NCBI GenBank assembly: GCA_963822965.1
Contig: CAWGJT010000005.1
Coordinates: forward strand, 1,536,001 to 1,600,000
Reading direction: 5' to 3'
DNA: 64,000 nt
From: an uncultured delta proteobacterium
GTDB lineage: Bacteria > Myxococcota_A > UBA9160 > UBA4427
Positions 1 through 12,457 of this stretch are shown piece after piece (position 1 is the stretch's first letter; each line of letters opens with the position of its first letter). The translations under genes were made by a program, and so were the position numbers. A model generated the notes under the pieces. That model searched no databases. It saw only the letters and a program-made list of their open reading frames with translations, and had not been told where the DNA came from.

Positions 1-519
1 CTGCTGGAGGCGTACAGCGCGCTCCTCGGCGCACGCTTCGAGGGCGTGCGGATCCGCTGCCACGGCGACTACCACCTGGGCCAGGTGCTCAGCACGGGAA
101 ACGACTTCACGATCCTCGACTTCGAGGGCGAGCCGGCGCGCCCGCTCTCGGAACGCCGCCTCAAGCGCTCCCCGCTCAAGGACGTGGCCGGCATGCTGCG
201 GTCGTTCGACTATGCGGTCGCCACCGTTGTCTTCTCCTGGAAGGAGCGCGGCCTGGTGCGCCCCGCGGACCTGCCGGCCCTCGAGGGCTGGGCCCGCTTC
301 TGGCGACAGTGGGTGAGCGCCTCCTTCCTGGGCGCCTACCTGGCGCCCGCACGCGCCGCCGGCCTGGTGCCGAACGACGCGTCCCAGCTCCGCCGGCTGC
401 TGGACGCCCTCTACCTCGACAAGGCCGTCTACGAGATCGGCTACGAGCTGGACCACCGCCCCGAATGGCTGCGCATTCCCGTCCGGGGCATCCGCGAGCG
501 ACTGGAGGATCATGGCTGA
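1..519 (+). CDS. C-terminal part of maltokinase / TreS-Mak (Pep2) fusion; 5' end lies outside the window
   Basis: [38 protein letters not shown] and [14 protein letters not shown] are maltokinase motifs; the stop overlaps the glgB start. Confidence 0.88.
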   Translation: MLEAYSALLGARFEGVRIRCHGDYHLGQVLSTGNDFTILDFEGEPARPLSERRLKRSPLKDVAGMLRSFDYAVATVVFSWKERGLVRPADLPALEGWARFWRQWVSASFLGAYLAPARAAGLVPNDASQLRRLLDALYLDKAVYEIGYELDHRPEWLRIPVRGIRERLEDHG

Positions 520-2470
520 ACGCACCATCAAGAAGGACGCACACGTCCCCTGGCTCGGGGACCACGACCTGCACCTCTTCAACGAGGGGACCCACACGCG
601 CCTCTACGAGAAGCTCGGCGCGCATCCCACGACGCGCGACGGGGATGCCGGCACGCACTTCGCCGTTTGGGCGCCGAACGCCGAACGCGTCTCCGTGATC
701 GGAGACTTCAACGACTGGAATCGAGACGCCAACCCGCTGCAGACCGTCGCCGCCTCCGGCATCTGGACGGGCTTCGTGCCGGGCGTCGCCGCGGGAAGCC
801 GCTACAAGTACCGGATCCGATCGCGCCACGGCGGCTACGCGGTGGACAAGGCGGATCCCTTCGCGTTCCTCGCCGAAGCGCCGCCGCTCACGGCGTCCAC
901 CGTCTGGCCCCTGGACTACGAGTGGATGGACAAGGAGTGGATGGAGTCCCGCGGCGGCCGCGCGGCGCGGGACGCCCCGATCTCCATCTACGAGGTGCAC
1001 CTCGGCTCCTGGAGACGGAAGGGCGACGGCTCGCTGCCCAGCTATCGCGAGATCGCGGAGCCCCTGGCCGAGTACGTCAGCGAGACGGGCTTCACCCACG
1101 TCGAGCTGCTGCCCCTGATGGAGCACCCCTTCTACGGCTCCTGGGGCTACCAGACCACCGGCTACTTCGCGCCGACCTCCCGCTACGGAACGCCCCAGGA
1201 CCTGATGTACCTGATCGACTGCCTGCACCAGAAGGGCGTCGGCGTGATCCTCGACTGGGTCCCCTCCCACTTCCCGAACGACGAGCACGGCCTCGGCTAC
1301 TTCGACGGCACCCACCTCTACGAGCACGAGGACCCTCGCCTGGGCTTCCATCCCGACTGGAACAGCCTCATCTTCAACTACGGGCGTCACGAGGTGCGCT
1401 CCTTCCTGCTGAGCAGCGCCCTCTTCTGGCTCGACCGCTACCACGCCGACGGCCTCCGCGTCGACGCCGTGGCCTCGATGCTCTACCTCGACTATTCCCG
1501 CAAGCCGGGCGAGTGGATCCCGAACGAGTTCGGCGGTCGCGAGAACCTGCGGGCCATCGACTTCCTGCGGCGCCTGAACACCGAGGTCTACGAGCGACAC
1601 CCGGACGTGCAGACCTTCGCGGAGGAATCCACCGCCTGGCCCATGGTGTCGCGTCCGACCTACCTGGGCGGGCTCGGCTTCGGCTACAAGTGGGACATGG
1701 GCTGGATGCACGACACGCTCCACTACCTCTCCCACGATCCCGTCCATCGCGTGCACCACCACAACGAGATCACCTTCCGCGCCGTCTACGCGTCGAACGA
1801 GAACTTCGTGATGCCGCTCTCCCACGACGAAGTCGTGCACGGCAAGGGCTCGCTCATCGGAAAGATGCCGGGCGACGAGTGGCAGAAGCGCGCGAACCTG
1901 CGCCTGCTCTTCGGCTACCTCCACGCACAGCCGGGCAAGAAGCTCCTCTTCATGGGCGGCGAGTTCGGGCAGTGGCAGGAGTGGAACCACGAGAAGGAGC
2001 TCGACTGGGACCTTCTCGACGTCCCGACGCACCAGGGCCTGCGGCGATGGGTACGCGACCTGAACACCACCTACCGCGCCGAGCCGGCCCTGCACGAGCT
2101 GGACTGCGAGCCCGAAGGCTTCCAGTGGATCGACTGCAACGACGCCGAGCAGAGCACCCTGGTCTTCCTGCGCCGCGCCCGCTCCCGCAACGAGGCCGTC
2201 ATCGCGGCCTTCAACTTCACGCCGGTGCCGCGCGCGAACTTCCGCATCGGGGTCCCGGGGCGCGGGAGCTGGAAGGAGCTCCTGAACAGCGACGCCCCGC
2301 TCTACGGGGGCAGCGGGCAGGGCAACCTCGGCGGCGTCGACCCGGTGCCCGTGGCCCACCACGGGCAACCCCAGTCGATCGTGATCACCCTGCCGCCCCT
2401 CGCGGCCGTGTTCTTCCGGGGAACCTACCCGGCGGCCGAAGGCGACCGGACCCGCGACGGGAGCGGCTGA
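512..2470 (+). CDS. glgB: 1,4-alpha-glucan branching enzyme (GH13)
   Basis: [56 protein letters not shown]; intact 652 aa ORF. Confidence 0.97.
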   Translation: MAERTIKKDAHVPWLGDHDLHLFNEGTHTRLYEKLGAHPTTRDGDAGTHFAVWAPNAERVSVIGDFNDWNRDANPLQTVAASGIWTGFVPGVAAGSRYKYRIRSRHGGYAVDKADPFAFLAEAPPLTASTVWPLDYEWMDKEWMESRGGRAARDAPISIYEVHLGSWRRKGDGSLPSYREIAEPLAEYVSETGFTHVELLPLMEHPFYGSWGYQTTGYFAPTSRYGTPQDLMYLIDCLHQKGVGVILDWVPSHFPNDEHGLGYFDGTHLYEHEDPRLGFHPDWNSLIFNYGRHEVRSFLLSSALFWLDRYHADGLRVDAVASMLYLDYSRKPGEWIPNEFGGRENLRAIDFLRRLNTEVYERHPDVQTFAEESTAWPMVSRPTYLGGLGFGYKWDMGWMHDTLHYLSHDPVHRVHHHNEITFRAVYASNENFVMPLSHDEVVHGKGSLIGKMPGDEWQKRANLRLLFGYLHAQPGKKLLFMGGEFGQWQEWNHEKELDWDLLDVPTHQGLRRWVRDLNTTYRAEPALHELDCEPEGFQWIDCNDAEQSTLVFLRRARSRNEAVIAAFNFTPVPRANFRIGVPGRGSWKELLNSDAPLYGGSGQGNLGGVDPVPVAHHGQPQSIVITLPPLAAVFFRGTYPAAEGDRTRDGSG

Positions 2471-4626
2471 TGGACTCATCGGTTCGCGTCTGGCCCGGAA
2501 GAGCCCTATCCACGCGGAGCCACCTGGGACGGACGGGGCGTCAACTTCAGCCTCTTCTCGGTGAACGCCGATCGTGTCGAGCTCTGCCTCTTCGACTCCA
2601 AGGGAAGGCGCGAGCTGCAGCGGGTGCCCCTGCCCGAGTACACCAACGAGGTCTGGCACGGCTACCTGCCCGACGCACGTCCGGGGCAGGTCTACGGCTA
2701 CCGGGTCTACGGCCCCTACGAGCCGCGTCGGGGCCACCGCTTCAATCACAACAAGCTCCTGCTGGATCCCTACGCGAAGAAGCTCACGGGCACCCTGCGC
2801 TGGTCGGACGCGCACTTCGGCTACCGCATCGGGCACCGCGCCGGAGACCTCTCCTTCGACCGCCGGAACAACGCTCGCGGCATGCCCAAGTGCGTCGTGG
2901 TGGACACCGCCTTCAGCTGGTCCCACGACCGTCCGCCGCGGCGCCCCTGGCACGAGAACATCCTCTACGAGATGCACGTGCGCGGCTTCACCATGCGGCA
3001 TCCAGAGGTGGCGCCCCCCCTGCGAGGCACCTTCGCGGGCCTCTCCACGCCCGCCGCCATGGATCACCTGCGCTCGCTGGGGATCACGGCCGTCGAGCTG
3101 CTGCCGGTGCACGCCTTCCTCGACGACCGCACCCTGGTCGAGCGGGGCCTGCGCAACTACTGGGGCTACAACACGCTCTCGTTCTTCGCGCCCGACCCGC
3201 GCTATCTCGCGGGCGGTGACCTGGGCGAAATCAAGACCTTCGTCCAGCACGCGCACGACGAGGGCATCGAGGTGATCCTGGACGTGGTCTACAACCACAC
3301 CGCGGAGGGCAACCACCTCGGACCGACGCTCTCCTTCCGCGGCATCGACAACGCCACCTACTATCGGCTCGTTCCCGGAGAAGAGCGCTTCTACCAGCGA
3401 CTTCACCGGCTGCGGCAACTCGCTCGACCTGCGTCGGCCCAACGTGCTGCAGCTCGTGATGGACTCGCTCCGCTACTGGGTCGACGAGATGCACGTGGAC
3501 GGCTTCCGCTTCGACCTCGCGACCACGCTCACACGCGACGGGGAACAGTTCGACCCCAACTCGAGCTTCCTCGACGCGGCCCGGCCAGGACCCGGTGCTC
3601 TCCCACGTCAAGCTCATCGCCGAGCCCTGGGACCTGGGCGACGGAGGCTACCGCCTGGGCGGCTTCCCGCCGGGCTGGTCGCGAGTGGAACGACCGCTAC
3701 CGCGACACGGCGCGATGCTACTGGAAGGGCGACCCGGGGCAGCTCCCCGATCTCGCCTCGCGGATGACCGGCTCGAGCGACCTCTTCGACCGGCGCGGCC
3801 GGCGCCCGGCCGCCTCGCATCAACTTCGTGACCGCACACGACGGCTTCACGCTCCGCGACCTGGTGAGCTACGACCGGAAGCACAACGAGGCCAACCGGG
3901 AGGGCAACGCGGACGGCGGCGACCACAACCATTCCTGGAACTGCGGCGTCGAGGGGCCGTCGGACGACGGGGCCGTGCGTCGCCTGCGACTGCAGCAGAG
4001 CAAGAACCTGATCGCGACCCTGCTGCTCTCCCAGGGCGTGCCCATGCTGCTGGCCGGCGACGAGCTGGGAAATTCCCAGCGCGGGAACAACAACGCCTAC
4101 TGCCAGGACAACGAGACGGCCTGGATCGACTGGGAGGCGGACGAAGAGGGACGCGAGCTGCTCGCCTTCGTCCGGCGACTCGTCCACTTCCGCCGGCGAG
4201 CACATCGTCCTGCACCGGCACCGCTTCTTCCAGGGTCTGTCCAGCCGGGAGAGCGAGAGCAAGGACATCACCTGGCTGCGACGCGACGGCCGAGAGCGCA
4301 CCGCGGAGGACTGGAGCGAAGCCGAGGACCGGCTGCTGGCCTTCGCGCTGAGCGGCGCGGCCCACGGCTACCACGTCACGGCGGGCGGCGAGCCCGAGCC
4401 CGACGACCACTTCCTCGTGATCCTCAACGCCGACTCGCGCGAAGTCGAGTGCCGCCTGGGCGGAGAGCGCCTCGCCCCCGCCTGGCGGCTCGTGCTCCAC
4501 ACCGGCGACGAAGAGCGCGAGGGGCAGGTGGTGAAGGCGGGACAGACGATCCGACTCGAGGGCCGGGTGCTGGCGCTCTTCGTGAACGAGGGAGGAGCCG
4601 GATCCGGAAGCCCGCCCTCGGCATGA
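2470..4626 (+). CDS. glgX: Glycogen debranching enzyme (isoamylase), broken by about six +1 frameshifts (probably sequencing errors)
   Basis: Motifs are spread over several frames: [87 protein letters not shown] overlaps the glgB stop. Confidence 0.9.
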
Positions 4627-6443
4627 CCGCGCACGCCATGCCCTTCGGCGCGAGCCTCGAGGACGCGGGAGCCACCCGTTTCCGTCTCTGGGCTCCGGCC
4701 GCCCGAACGGTGGACGTGCTGCTCGGACCGGGCGGGGAAAGGCGCGTCCGCATGGAGCCAGAGGCGGGAGGATGGTTCGCGTCCAGCCTCTCCGGGGTCG
4801 GCGCGGGCAGCCGCTACGCGTTCTCGATCGACGGCGAGCGGCCGGTGGCCGACCCGGCTTCGCGCTTCCAGCCGGCAGGCGTGGACGGCCCGAGCGAGGT
4901 GATCGATCCCGACGCGTTCCCGTGGACCGACGCGGGCTGGCACGGCCGGCCCTGGCGCGAGGCCGTCCTCTACGAGCTCCACGTCGGCGCCTTCACCCGC
5001 TCGGGCGACTACGCCGGCGTTCGCGAGCGGCTCGACGCCCTCGTCGATCTCGGCGTGACCGCGATCGAGCTGATGCCCGTCGCCGAGTGCCCGGGCCGCC
5101 GCAACTGGGGCTACGACGGCGTGCTGCCCTTCGCGCCAGCCGCCCGCTACGGGCGGCCCGAAGACCTGAAGGCGCTGGTAGACGCCGCGCACGCCCGCGG
5201 TCTGATGGTCCTGCTGGACGTCGTCTACAACCACTTCGGGCCCCGGGGCAACCACCTGAAGCGCTACGCGCCCCAGTTCTTCGACGCCGAGCGGCCCACG
5301 CCCTGGGGCGAGGCCATCGCCTTCGAGCGCCGGCCCGTTCGCGAGTTCTTCATCCACAACGCGCTCTACTGGCTCGAGGAGCTGCACCTGGACGGTCTGC
5401 GGCTCGACGCCGTCCACGCGATCGAGGATCCGTCGCAGCCCGACGTCCTCTGCGAGCTGGCCCGCCGCGTCCGCGAGCGCTGGGACGGCGAGCGCTGCGT
5501 GCATCTCGTGCTCGAGAACGATCACAACGAGGCGTGGCGCCTGGCCCGCGAGCCGGACGGGAAGCCGGACTACGCCGCGCAGTGGAACGACGACGTGCAC
5601 CACGCGCTGCACGTCCTGCTCACCGGCGAACGGCAGGGCTACTACGTCGACTACGCGGACGCGCCCCTCCGGCACCTGGGCCGCTGCCTCGCAGAGGGCT
5701 TCGCCTACCAGGGGGAGCCGTCGGTCCATCGGGGGGGCAAGCCCCGGGGCGAGCCCAGCGCGATGCTGCCTCCCACGGCCTTCGTCTCCTTCCTCCAGAA
5801 CCACGACCAGGTGGGCAACCGCGCCTTCGGCGAGCGCATCGCGCAGCTGGCGGCTCCGGAAGCGGTCCGGGCCGCCGCGGCCATCCTGCTCCTCGCCCCC
5901 GCGCCTCCGCTGCTCTTCATGGGCGAAGAGTGGGCCTGTCGGCAGCCCTTCCCCTTCTTCTGTGACTTCGAGCCCGACCTCGCGGCGCGCGTCCGCGAGG
6001 GCAGGCGTCGCGAGTTCGAACGCTTCCCGGCCTTCCGCGACCCCGAAGCGCGGGCCCGTATCCCCGATCCCTGCGCGGACGAGACGTTCGAGAGCGCCGT
6101 CCTGCGCTGGGCGGACCGCGAGTCGGAAGCGGCGCGGCTCCACCTGGACCTCGTAGGAAGGTTGCTCGACCTGCGTCGGCGCGAGATCGTGCCCCGCCTG
6201 CGCGCGGTCGCCGGCGGGGCGGCCGCGTACGAGGTCGGGGCGGGTGGCGTGCTCACGGTTCGCTGGCGGCTGGGCGACGGCACGAGGCTCGGGCTGCAGG
6301 CGAACCTCCGCGACTCGCCGGCGACGGCGCCCGTAGAGCCCGCGAGCGGCGGCAGGCGCCTGCTCTTCGCCACGCCCGAGCCGCCGGCGGACGGCGTGCT
6401 CGCGCCCTGGTCCGTCGCCTGGTGGCTCGCGGACGCCGAATGA
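4623..6443 (+). CDS. treZ: Malto-oligosyltrehalose trehalohydrolase
   Basis: [52 protein letters not shown] overlap with the glgX stop. Confidence 0.94.
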   Translation: MTAHAMPFGASLEDAGATRFRLWAPAARTVDVLLGPGGERRVRMEPEAGGWFASSLSGVGAGSRYAFSIDGERPVADPASRFQPAGVDGPSEVIDPDAFPWTDAGWHGRPWREAVLYELHVGAFTRSGDYAGVRERLDALVDLGVTAIELMPVAECPGRRNWGYDGVLPFAPAARYGRPEDLKALVDAAHARGLMVLLDVVYNHFGPRGNHLKRYAPQFFDAERPTPWGEAIAFERRPVREFFIHNALYWLEELHLDGLRLDAVHAIEDPSQPDVLCELARRVRERWDGERCVHLVLENDHNEAWRLAREPDGKPDYAAQWNDDVHHALHVLLTGERQGYYVDYADAPLRHLGRCLAEGFAYQGEPSVHRGGKPRGEPSAMLPPTAFVSFLQNHDQVGNRAFGERIAQLAAPEAVRAAAAILLLAPAPPLLFMGEEWACRQPFPFFCDFEPDLAARVREGRRREFERFPAFRDPEARARIPDPCADETFESAVLRWADRESEAARLHLDLVGRLLDLRRREIVPRLRAVAGGAAAYEVGAGGVLTVRWRLGDGTRLGLQANLRDSPATAPVEPASGGRRLLFATPEPPADGVLAPWSVAWWLADAE

Positions 6444-9282
6444 GCCGCGCGTCCCCCTCCACGCCGCGGGCGACCTACCGCCTCCAGCTTCGGGACGGCA
6501 TGACGTTCGAGCGGGCGGCGACCCTGCTGCCCTACCTCGACGCACTCGGGGTGAGCCACGTCTACTGCTCGCCGTGCATGGAGGCGCGAACCGGGAGCAG
6601 TCATGGCTACGACGTCGTCGACCCCACCCGGATCGATCCGGCGCTCGGGGGCGAGGAGGCGTTCGTGGCCTTCGCCGAGGCGCTGCGCGGGCGCGGGATG
6701 GGGCTGGTGCTCGACTGGGTGCCCAACCACGTGGGCATCGCCAACGGCGAGAACGCGTGGTGGCAGGACGTGCTCGAGCACGGACGCGCTTCGTCCTACG
6801 CGAACTTCTTCGACGTGGACTGGGAGACGGCGCGCCCGGCCCTTCGCGGCAAGCTGCTGCTCCCCGTGCTCGCCCGGCACTACGGAGCCGTGCTGGAGGC
6901 CGGCGAGCTCGAGCTCGTCTGGAGCGAGTCGTACGGGCTGGAGATCCACTACTTCGAGCAGCGCTTTCCCGTCTCGCCGGCGTCGACGGCGGCGTTCCTG
7001 CGCGAACGATTGCTCGACCGCGACACCGCGCCGGGGCTCGCCGAGCCCCAGCGGGAAGCCCTGCGCGGCGCGCTGGCGCGGCTGGAGCCCGCAGCCGGCG
7101 GGGCACGCGCCTCGAAGGCGTCGGCCGGCAAGCTGGCGCTCCTCGATCTCGTCGGCGGCGACCCGGGGCTTCGTGCGGCCGTGGAGGCCGCCGTGGATTC
7201 CCTGGGCGGGCGCCCCGGCGTTCCGCGGAGCCACGACGCGCTCCACCGCCTGCTCGAACGACAGCACTACCGTCTCTCCTACTGGCGCGTGTCCGCGGAA
7301 GAGGTCAACTACCGTCGCTTCTTCGACATCGACGAGCTGGCGGCCCTGCGAATGGACGAGCCCGAGGTGTTCACCCGCACCCACGAGCGGCTGCTGGCCG
7401 CGGTCCAGGCCGGCCGCATCGCGGGGCTCCGGATCGACCACGTGGACGGGCTTGCCGACCCGCGCGGCTACTGCGGCCGGCTCCGGAAGGAGGCGCCCGG
7501 TGTCTATCTCGTCGTGGAGAAGATCCTCGCCCGAGACGAGCGCCTGCGGGAGGACTGGGCGGTCGACGGAACCACGGGCTACGAGTTCCTGAACCAGCTT
7601 GGCGGGCTCTTCGTCGATCCTCGCGCGGCGGGTCCGCTCGAACGGCTGCAGCGACGCTTCACCGGTGATTCCCGGAGCTTCGACGAGATCCTCTACGAGA
7701 GCCGCAAGCGCGTGATGCACGCCCTGCTGGCGGGCGACCTCGAAGGCCTGGCGAGCCGGTTGGACCGCATCGCGCAGCAGGACCGCCACACCCGGGACTA
7801 CACGCGCAGCGCCCTCCGCTCCGCCCTCGAGGAGATCGTCGCCTGGTTTCCCGTCTATCGCACCTACGTGGACGAACGAGGCGCCAGCGCCGAGGACCGC
7901 CGGCGCATCCAGCATGCGGTGCACGAGGCGCGGCGCCGCGCCGACGACCCGGAGTCCGACCTCTTCGATTGGATCGAGCGCATCCTCTCCGGCGAGGTGG
8001 CCGCGGCGGCGAGCCCGGCGCGGCGGAGCGAGGTCCTGCGCTTCGTCGCCCGCTTCCAGCAATACACCGCACCCGTCATGGCCAAGGGCCTGGAGGACAC
8101 GAGCTTCTACCGCCATCACCGCCTCGTCTCGCTGAACGAGGTGGGCGGAGATCCCCGGCGCTTCGGGACCTCCGTCGACGAGTTCCACGCGGCGAACCGG
8201 GACCGGGCCGTGCACTGGCCCGGCGCCATGCTCTGCACCGCGAGCCACGACACCAAGCGCGGCGAGGATGCGCGGGCCCGCATCGACGTGCTCTCCGAGA
8301 TGCCGGACGCCTGGGCGGAGCAGGTACGCGAATGGTCGCGGCGCAATCGCCGCTTCAAGCGGACGATCGACGGCAAGCCGGCGCCTTCCCGCAAGGACGA
8401 GTACCTGCTGTACCAGGTGCTGGTAGGCGCCTGGCCCCTGCCTCCGGCGGAGGCCCGAACGCTCGAGCTCTATCGAGAGCGCATCCAGACCTTCATGAAG
8501 AAGGCGCTGCGCGAGGGCAAGGAGCGATCCAGCTGGCGGCACCCCGACGCCGCCTACGAGTCGTCCATGGCGGAATTCATCGCCGCGATCCTCGATCCCG
8601 ACGGCGGCTTCGTGGAAGGGGCCCGGGCCTTCCTCGACCGGGTGGCGGAGCGCGGGCGCGCTGAACGGACTGGCTGCCACGGCGCTGAAGCTGTGCTCGC
8701 CGGGGGTGCCCGACGTCTACCAGGGCTGCGAGCTCTGGGATCTCTCTCTCGCGGATCCCGACAACCGGAGGCCCGTCGACTTCGACGCGAGGCGGACGAG
8801 CTCTCGCTTCCCTCGAGCAGGAGCTGGGCGCCTTCGGAACCGAGGCGCCGCCGGGACGGCTGCGCGAGCTGCTGCAGACCTGGCCGGACGCTCGCATCAA
8901 GCTCTACCTGACGTGGCGACTGCTCGAGCTGCGTCGGACCTGGCCGGATCTCTTCGCCCACGCGGACTACGAGCCCGCCCGGGGCCGCGGCGAGCACGCC
9001 GAACGCGTGTGCGCCTTCGCGCGGCGTCTCGACGAGGCGGCGCTGCTCGTGGTGGTGCCGCGACTCGCCGCCCACCTGAAGCGGGTGGACACGATCTTCC
9101 CGCTGGGAAGCGAGAGCTGGGGCGACACGGAGATCGTCCTGCCGTCCGGCCTGCCGCACGAATGGCGCGACGTCCTCACCGGACGCACACTGCACGCCCG
9201 CGGCGACGCGATCGGGGCAGCCGACGCCTTCGCCGCGCTGCCGGTCGCCGTGCTCGTGGCGACCCCGGGAGGACCTGCGTGA
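6440..9282 (+). CDS. treY: Malto-oligosyltrehalose synthase, frameshifted near 8655 and ~8800
   Basis: [75 protein letters not shown] continues in a shifted frame. Confidence 0.92.
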
Positions 9283-11208
9283 GCGGCGAGGCGACACCGG
9301 ACGCAGCGGTCCGCGAGGCGCTGCGCGTGCTCGGCGTGAGAGAACCTCGTTCTCGGCATTCACGACGCGAGCTTTCCGGCGACCGCCGAGGACGACACCG
9401 GACGGGGCACGTCCTGCTCTCCGGGCGGGACGGCCCTCGTCGCCTTCCTCCGACGGACGGGATTCGACGGCGTGCAGCTCGGGCCCCAGGGAGCGACGCC
9501 GTTCGACGACCACTCCCCCTACATGGGCAGCCTCTTCTCCCGCGATCCGCTGTTGGTCTCGCTCGCGCGCCTGGCGGATCCCGACGGCGAGTGGCGCGGC
9601 ATCCTGCCGGCGCGAGAGCTGGCCTCGCTGGTGGCGGGACGACCCTCCGGCGGCGAAGAGCGGGTTCCCTACGCGTACGTCCATCGCGGACACCGCCGGG
9701 CGCTGGCCCGAGCCGAGCGCGGTCTGCGCGAGCGGGTCCGGGAAGGCGACCCCGAGGCGAAGGAGCTCGAGGCCCGCCTCGAAGCCTTCTGCCGGGCGGC
9801 CTCCGACTGGCTCGAGGGCGACGCCCTCTACGAGGTGCTCCGCGCCGAGTACGGCGATCGGGACTACGGCGCCTGGCAGGGACCTCACGCCGCGCTCGAC
9901 CGGGCCCTCGGCGGGCGCCCGGCGGCGCCCGGCGTCTTCGCGGCCCGACGGGACGAGATCCGCCGCCGTCACGCCGAGGCCCTGCGCGTCTACCGCTTCG
10001 TCCAGTTCGTCGCCGCCGAGCAGCACGCGCGCTTCCACGAAGAGAGCCGCCGGATCGGCGTGCGCCTCTACGGCGACCTGCAGGTGGGCGTCTCGGCGCG
10101 GGACGTCTGGCAGAACGAGGGCTGCTTCCTGTCCGACTACCGACTGGGAGCACCGCCCAGCCGCACGAACCCCGACGGACAGGCCTGGGGCTATCCCGTG
10201 CTGGATCCGGATCGCTACCTCGACGACGACGGCGGGCCGGGACCCGCGCTGCGCTTCCTCTTCCGGCGAATCGAGAGGTGCTTCTCGGCGTACGACGCGC
10301 TCCGCATCGACCATCCCCAGGGACTCGTGTGTCCCTGGGTGTACCGGGCGGACGATCCCGATCCGCAGCACGCCGTCGTGCACGGTGCTCGACTCTTCTC
10401 GTCGCCCGATCTGCCCGACCACGCCGCGCTCGCGCGCTACGCGATCGTCTCGGCCGACCAGCTCGACACGAGCCCGCGGACATCCCGCCATGCGGACGGT
10501 CGGGTGGTGTCGCTGCGCCCCGAGCAGATCGACCGCTACGCGCTGCTGATGGACCGGGTGGTCGAGATCGCGAGACGACACGCGCCCGAGGAGGCCTCCC
10601 TGGCCTGCGAGGTCCTCAGCACGCTGCCCTTCCCGCTGGCCTGCGTGCTGGAGCGCCACGGTCTCGGGCGCTTCCGCGTCACCCAGAAGGCGAGCCCGGG
10701 CGACGAGGCCGACGTCTACCGGCCGGAGAACGCTCGGCCCCACGACTGGGTGATGTTCGGAAACCACGACACCCCCTCGCTCTGGGAGCTGCTCGGGAGC
10801 TGGCCCCGGGATCGGATCCGTGCGCGCAGCATCGCGGCGGCCCGAGCGCTCTCCCGGAGCCCGGCCGAACGGGACGCCCTCGCCGCCTCGCTCGCGCGCC
10901 GGCCGGACCGGCTCGCCCACGCCGAGATCGCCCGGCTCTTCGCGAGCCCCGCGCAGAACGTGATGATCTTCTTCGCGGACTTCTTCGGCATCGCGGCCTC
11001 GTTCAACGAGCCGGGCACGACGGGAAGCGGCAACTGGACGCTCCGCCTCCGGACCGACTGGCAGGAGCGCTACGCCGAGCAGCGTCGCCTCGGAGGAGCG
11101 ATCGATCTCCGGCTCGCCCTGGCGATGGCGCTGCGGGCGCGCTCGGGGCACGAGGAGCTCGCCTCGCGGCTCGAGCGCGATGCGGGGTCTCCCGTTCAGG
11201 CGCCGTAG
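9279..11208 (+). CDS. malQ: 4-alpha-glucanotransferase (GH77, amylomaltase-like), frameshift near 9340
   Basis: [50 protein letters not shown] overlaps the treY stop. Confidence 0.82.
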
Positions 11209-11561
11209 CCCTCGGTCGGGTGGCCTCCCTCCTTCCAGTCGCTCAGGCCGCCCTCGTAGTCGACGACCCGCTGGTAGCCCTCGCTGGCGAGGTCGCGGGC
11301 CACCCTGCGCGAAGCCTGGCACGTGGGAGACGCGCAGTAGAGGACGATCTCCTTCTCCTTCTCGAAGCGCTTCTGGAAGGCGCCCTCCTCGCGCTGCGGA
11401 ATGTTCATCGAGCCGGGGATGCGCTCCTTGTCGAACGCCTCCGGGGACAGGACGTCGACGAGGGCGTAGCCGTGCCTCGGATGCCGGTTGTCGGGCGTCG
11501 CGGTCTCCATCTTCTTGGCGAGCTGCTCCCGGTCGATCGTCGCATAGGCCTGCTGGGTCAT
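11196..11561 (-). CDS. Rhodanese-like domain protein
   Basis: [43 protein letters not shown]. Confidence 0.88.
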   Translation of the reverse strand: MTQQAYATIDREQLAKKMETATPDNRHPRHGYALVDVLSPEAFDKERIPGSMNIPQREEGAFQKRFEKEKEIVLYCASPTCQASRRVARDLASEGYQRVVDYEGGLSDWKEGGHPTEGYGA

Positions 11562-11627
11562 GGATCGGTACCTCCTGGATCGCTGGTTCTCCGCCCTCGC
11601 GTCTCTCCGGCCTCCCTGCGGTGGGTT

Positions 11628-11643
11628 TGCAACCGGTGTGCCG
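11628..11643 (-). promoter_or_regulatory. sigma54 -24/-12 promoter of the rhodanese gene
   Basis: Minus strand reads CGGCACACCGGTTGCA (consensus TGGCACGNNNNTTGCW), ~70 bp upstream of the ATG. Confidence 0.72.
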
Positions 11644-11772
11644 GGCGCGCGCGAGGAAGCGCCAGCAGCGGGGACGGGACCCCGGTGCCGGATCTACAAA
11701 GCGCAATGCGCCTGGCCCGGAAGGCTCCGCTCGGGGGCGGCGCACGGAGCGCCTCCTGGGGCCGCCCGCCGT

Positions 11773-11788
11773 TGGCACGCATCCTGCT
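11773..11788 (+). promoter_or_regulatory. sigma54 -24/-12 promoter of the membrane protein gene
   Basis: TGGCACGCATCCTGCT, followed by a GAGGAGG RBS and ATG at 11815. Confidence 0.75.
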
Positions 11789-11814
11789 CTTGTCTCGGGA
11801 GAGGAGGTCATGCC

Positions 11815-12429
11815 ATGAGCACCCACGAAGTCCTGCACGACGACGCGAACGATCGGGCCCGAGCGGCCGCCGCCGACATCGCCAGGGAGGTCGCCGCCAG
11901 GGACGCAGGCTGGCCGCTCTACGCCGCGCTGGCGGGCTTCGTCGGCGCCTTCGTCGTCGCCGTCACGTTCCTGATCGTGGACCTCGCACACGGCCGCCCT
12001 GCCCTGTGGACGCCGGCCCTCCTGGGTCGGGTGCTCTTCCTCGGCCAGGGCGTCTCACAGCCGGGCGCCATCGCGCCGCTCGACTCGCTCGTTCTCATCA
12101 GCGGCTACACGTTCCTGCACGGCGCGGTGTTCGTCGCGTTCGGCGGCATTGCAGCGCAGATCTCGCTGGCGCGAGAAGCGCGCTGGACCGTGGGAGCGGG
12201 AGTCACGCTGGCCGTCGGCCTCTTCCTCGCCCTGCAGCTCACGTTCCTGGGCTTCGCCTGGGCGTTCGAGCCGACACTTCCCGTCGCCCTGGGGCTCGGA
12301 TGGATCTCGCTCGCCAACGCGGCGGCCGCGGTCTCGATCGCCCTGGTGATGGGCTGGGTGGTGCAACGCGCGCGCGCGACGCGACGAGATGCGGCGCGAC
12401 GCAGGCGCACGTCCCGGCCGGAAGCGTGA
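11815..12429 (+). CDS. Hypothetical multi-pass membrane protein (~5 TM)
   Basis: Hydrophobic helices ([31 protein letters not shown], etc.); strong RBS. Confidence 0.7.
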   Translation: MSTHEVLHDDANDRARAAAADIAREVAARDAGWPLYAALAGFVGAFVVAVTFLIVDLAHGRPALWTPALLGRVLFLGQGVSQPGAIAPLDSLVLISGYTFLHGAVFVAFGGIAAQISLAREARWTVGAGVTLAVGLFLALQLTFLGFAWAFEPTLPVALGLGWISLANAAAAVSIALVMGWVVQRARATRRDAARRRRTSRPEA

Positions 12430-12457
12430 GCCGCTCGTGAGAGCGGCCCGCCCGGTC

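Noticed and set aside
3828..6443. Apparent GlgX-TreZ fusion (871 aa ORF)
   Set aside because: Artefact of the glgX frameshift near 4195; treZ has its own ATG at 4623 overlapping the glgX stop
2470..9350. Programmed frameshifting or phase variation in glg/tre genes
   Set aside because: No slippery heptamers or long homopolymers at the breakpoints; too many scattered +1 events, better explained as sequencing error
176..12440. Very long ORFs such as 176..3442(-), 4368..7106(-), 5705..8680(-), 8554..11991(-) and 8706..12440(+)
   Set aside because: Shadow frames of real high-GC genes: Arg/Pro/Gly-rich, motif-free and overlapping well-supported CDSs (8706..12440 begins with a short frameshifted piece of treY)
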